Position numbers and translations under genes: made by a program. A stretch of 64,000 nucleotides of DNA from Burkholderiales bacterium. Lineage in GTDB: Bacteria; Pseudomonadota; Gammaproteobacteria; Burkholderiales; SG8-39. The first letter of the stretch is position 1. Each line of letters begins with the position of its first letter. A model generated the notes under the pieces. It had not been told where the DNA came from. It did not search any database and saw nothing but the letters and a program-made list of their open reading frames with translations. Shown one piece after another: positions 62,747-64,000 of this stretch. The DNA lies in assembly GCA_049802235.1 (NCBI GenBank), contig JBARMB010000050.1:23577-87576 (forward strand), in the 5' to 3' direction.

Positions 62747-64000
62747 ATGGACAAACCGTCCTTCCTCCGGCGCTTGCTGACTCCCGTGCCGCCGCGTCCG
62801 GGAGCGTTTTCACGTGTCGCCGTCCGCAGAGCCCGCCGGGCGGTGTCGCTTTGCCACGCGCTCTTGTCCGAGCGCGGCGAGGTATCCGGTGCCCGCATCG
62901 CACGCGACGCGCTGGCCGCGTATCAATCGCTCGACGATCCCGCCCTCGAGGTGTTCTTCAGCCTGCTGGTGAAGGAGTTTTCCCCCGACCCCGAAGAAGT
63001 CGGGCGATTCGCCGACGCCTATCGCAGCGATCCGTCGCAGGCCAACCTCATCCGGCTACAGCGGGCGGTCGAGCCGCCGCGCCAGGAGTTGTTCCGGCGA
63101 ATAAACATAGCCCCCGGCGGCACGGCGTTCCTGATCGAGATGCGCCGCCGGCTGCTCCGCGAGCTTGGCGCCAGGCCGCAGTGGGCCGGCATCGAGGCCG
63201 ACCTCGCGCATTTGCTCCACTCCTGGTTCAACCGCGGTTTCCTGGTCTTGCAGCGGATCGACTGGCGTACCCCGGCCCTGGTGCTGGAAAAGCTGATCCA
63301 GTACGAGGCGGTGCACGAGATCCAGGGCTGGCGGGACTTGCGCCGGAGGCTGCAGGCCGACCGCCGCTGCTATGCCTATTTTCACCCGGCCTTGCCCGAG
63401 GAACCGGTGATCTTCATCGAGGTAGCCCTCACCCGCCGCTTGAGCACCCGGGTCCAGCCGCTGCTCGATCCCGATTCACCCGTATTCCATCCCGCGGCCG
63501 CGCGCTGCGCGATTTTTTATTCGATCACCAATTGCCAGGAGGGTTTGCGCGGCGTGTCGTTCGGCAACCTTCTCATCAAGCAGGTGGCGGAAGACCTCGG
63601 CCGCGAGTTTCCCCGCCTGAGGATTTTTTCGACCCTCTCCCCCATCCCCGGATTTCGCAGCTGGCTCGCGAACGCGACCGGCACGCCGGACATCGGCCCC
63701 AGGGGCGAGAGACTCGCGGCCCTCCTCGCCAAGCTCGACTCGCCCGGCTGGCCGGAGGACAAAGCGGCATCCGCCGAGCTGCAGCGGCAACTCACCCGGC
63801 TGTGCGCGCAATACCTCCTGCACGCAAAACACGGCCAGGAGCCGCTCGACCCCGTTGCGCGCTTCCATCTCGGCAACGGCGGCCGCCTGCAGCGGCTCGA
63901 CTGGCTGGGCGACACCTCCGCGACAGGCATGCGCCGCTCGGCAGGACTGATGGCGAATTACGTCTATCGCCTTGCCGACGTGGAGCGCAACCACGAAGCC
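62747..64000 (+). CDS. Malonyl-CoA decarboxylase (3'-truncated by window edge)
   Basis: Not in the ORF track because no stop is reached. The frame is open for 418 codons from ATG 62747. WFNRGFLVLQRIDWRTPA, FYSITNCQEGLRGVSFGNLLIKQV, ARFHLGNGGRL and MANYVY match the MCD family. Confidence 0.85.
   Translation, partial: MDKPSFLRRLLTPVPPRPGAFSRVAVRRARRAVSLCHALLSERGEVSGARIARDALAAYQSLDDPALEVFFSLLVKEFSPDPEEVGRFADAYRSDPSQANLIRLQRAVEPPRQELFRRINIAPGGTAFLIEMRRRLLRELGARPQWAGIEADLAHLLHSWFNRGFLVLQRIDWRTPALVLEKLIQYEAVHEIQGWRDLRRRLQADRRCYAYFHPALPEEPVIFIEVALTRRLSTRVQPLLDPDSPVFHPAAARCAIFYSITNCQEGLRGVSFGNLLIKQVAEDLGREFPRLRIFSTLSPIPGFRSWLANATGTPDIGPRGERLAALLAKLDSPGWPEDKAASAELQRQLTRLCAQYLLHAKHGQEPLDPVARFHLGNGGRLQRLDWLGDTSATGMRRSAGLMANYVYRLADVERNHEA

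Overview
High-GC chromosomal core segment. Gene content and order look betaproteobacterial (exbB-exbD-lpxK-ycaR-kdsB-adk, DUF3108-purN, nrdR-ribD-ribE next to glyA). That taxonomic call is inference only. I support about 62 protein-coding genes. Two run off the window edges: mutL at the 5' edge and a malonyl-CoA decarboxylase at the 3' edge. rpmG (51 aa) is missing from the ORF track. I found no rRNA, tRNA, CRISPR array, transposase, integrase or obvious defence or toxin-antitoxin island. Functional themes: a pyrophosphate-energy pair (H+-PPase plus PPi-PFK); LPS and envelope genes; ClpS/ClpA; flavocytochrome c sulfide dehydrogenase (fccAB); KefC-type K+ efflux with an FMN reductase and a pirin; a phasin gene with a well-formed promoter; HrpA helicase; riboflavin and one-carbon genes; and a form II (coxS-coxL-coxM order, AYRGAGR motif) molybdo-hydroxylase cluster with XdhC, MocA-like and MoxR-like accessory genes. 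I do not see a clear new multi-gene system. The most unusual unexplained signals are non-coding or small. (1) A tandem two-hairpin module of about 80 bp abuts the MoxR-like start codon, preceded by a structured stretch of about 220 nt that ends in a strong terminator. (2) An AT-rich exbB/xseA intergenic island holds a perfect palindrome made of two consensus DnaA boxes, plus other repeated words. (3) Three small secreted Lys-rich proteins occur in the window. Two are clear paralogs that share even their terminator stem, and one sits where the 3' part of rluE should be. (4) An EamA/DMT transporter has a C-terminal tail with 24 His in 67 residues. Many very long antisense ORFs in the track (up to 1093 codons) are treated as high-GC artefacts. 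All family assignments come from reading motifs by eye; no database search was run.
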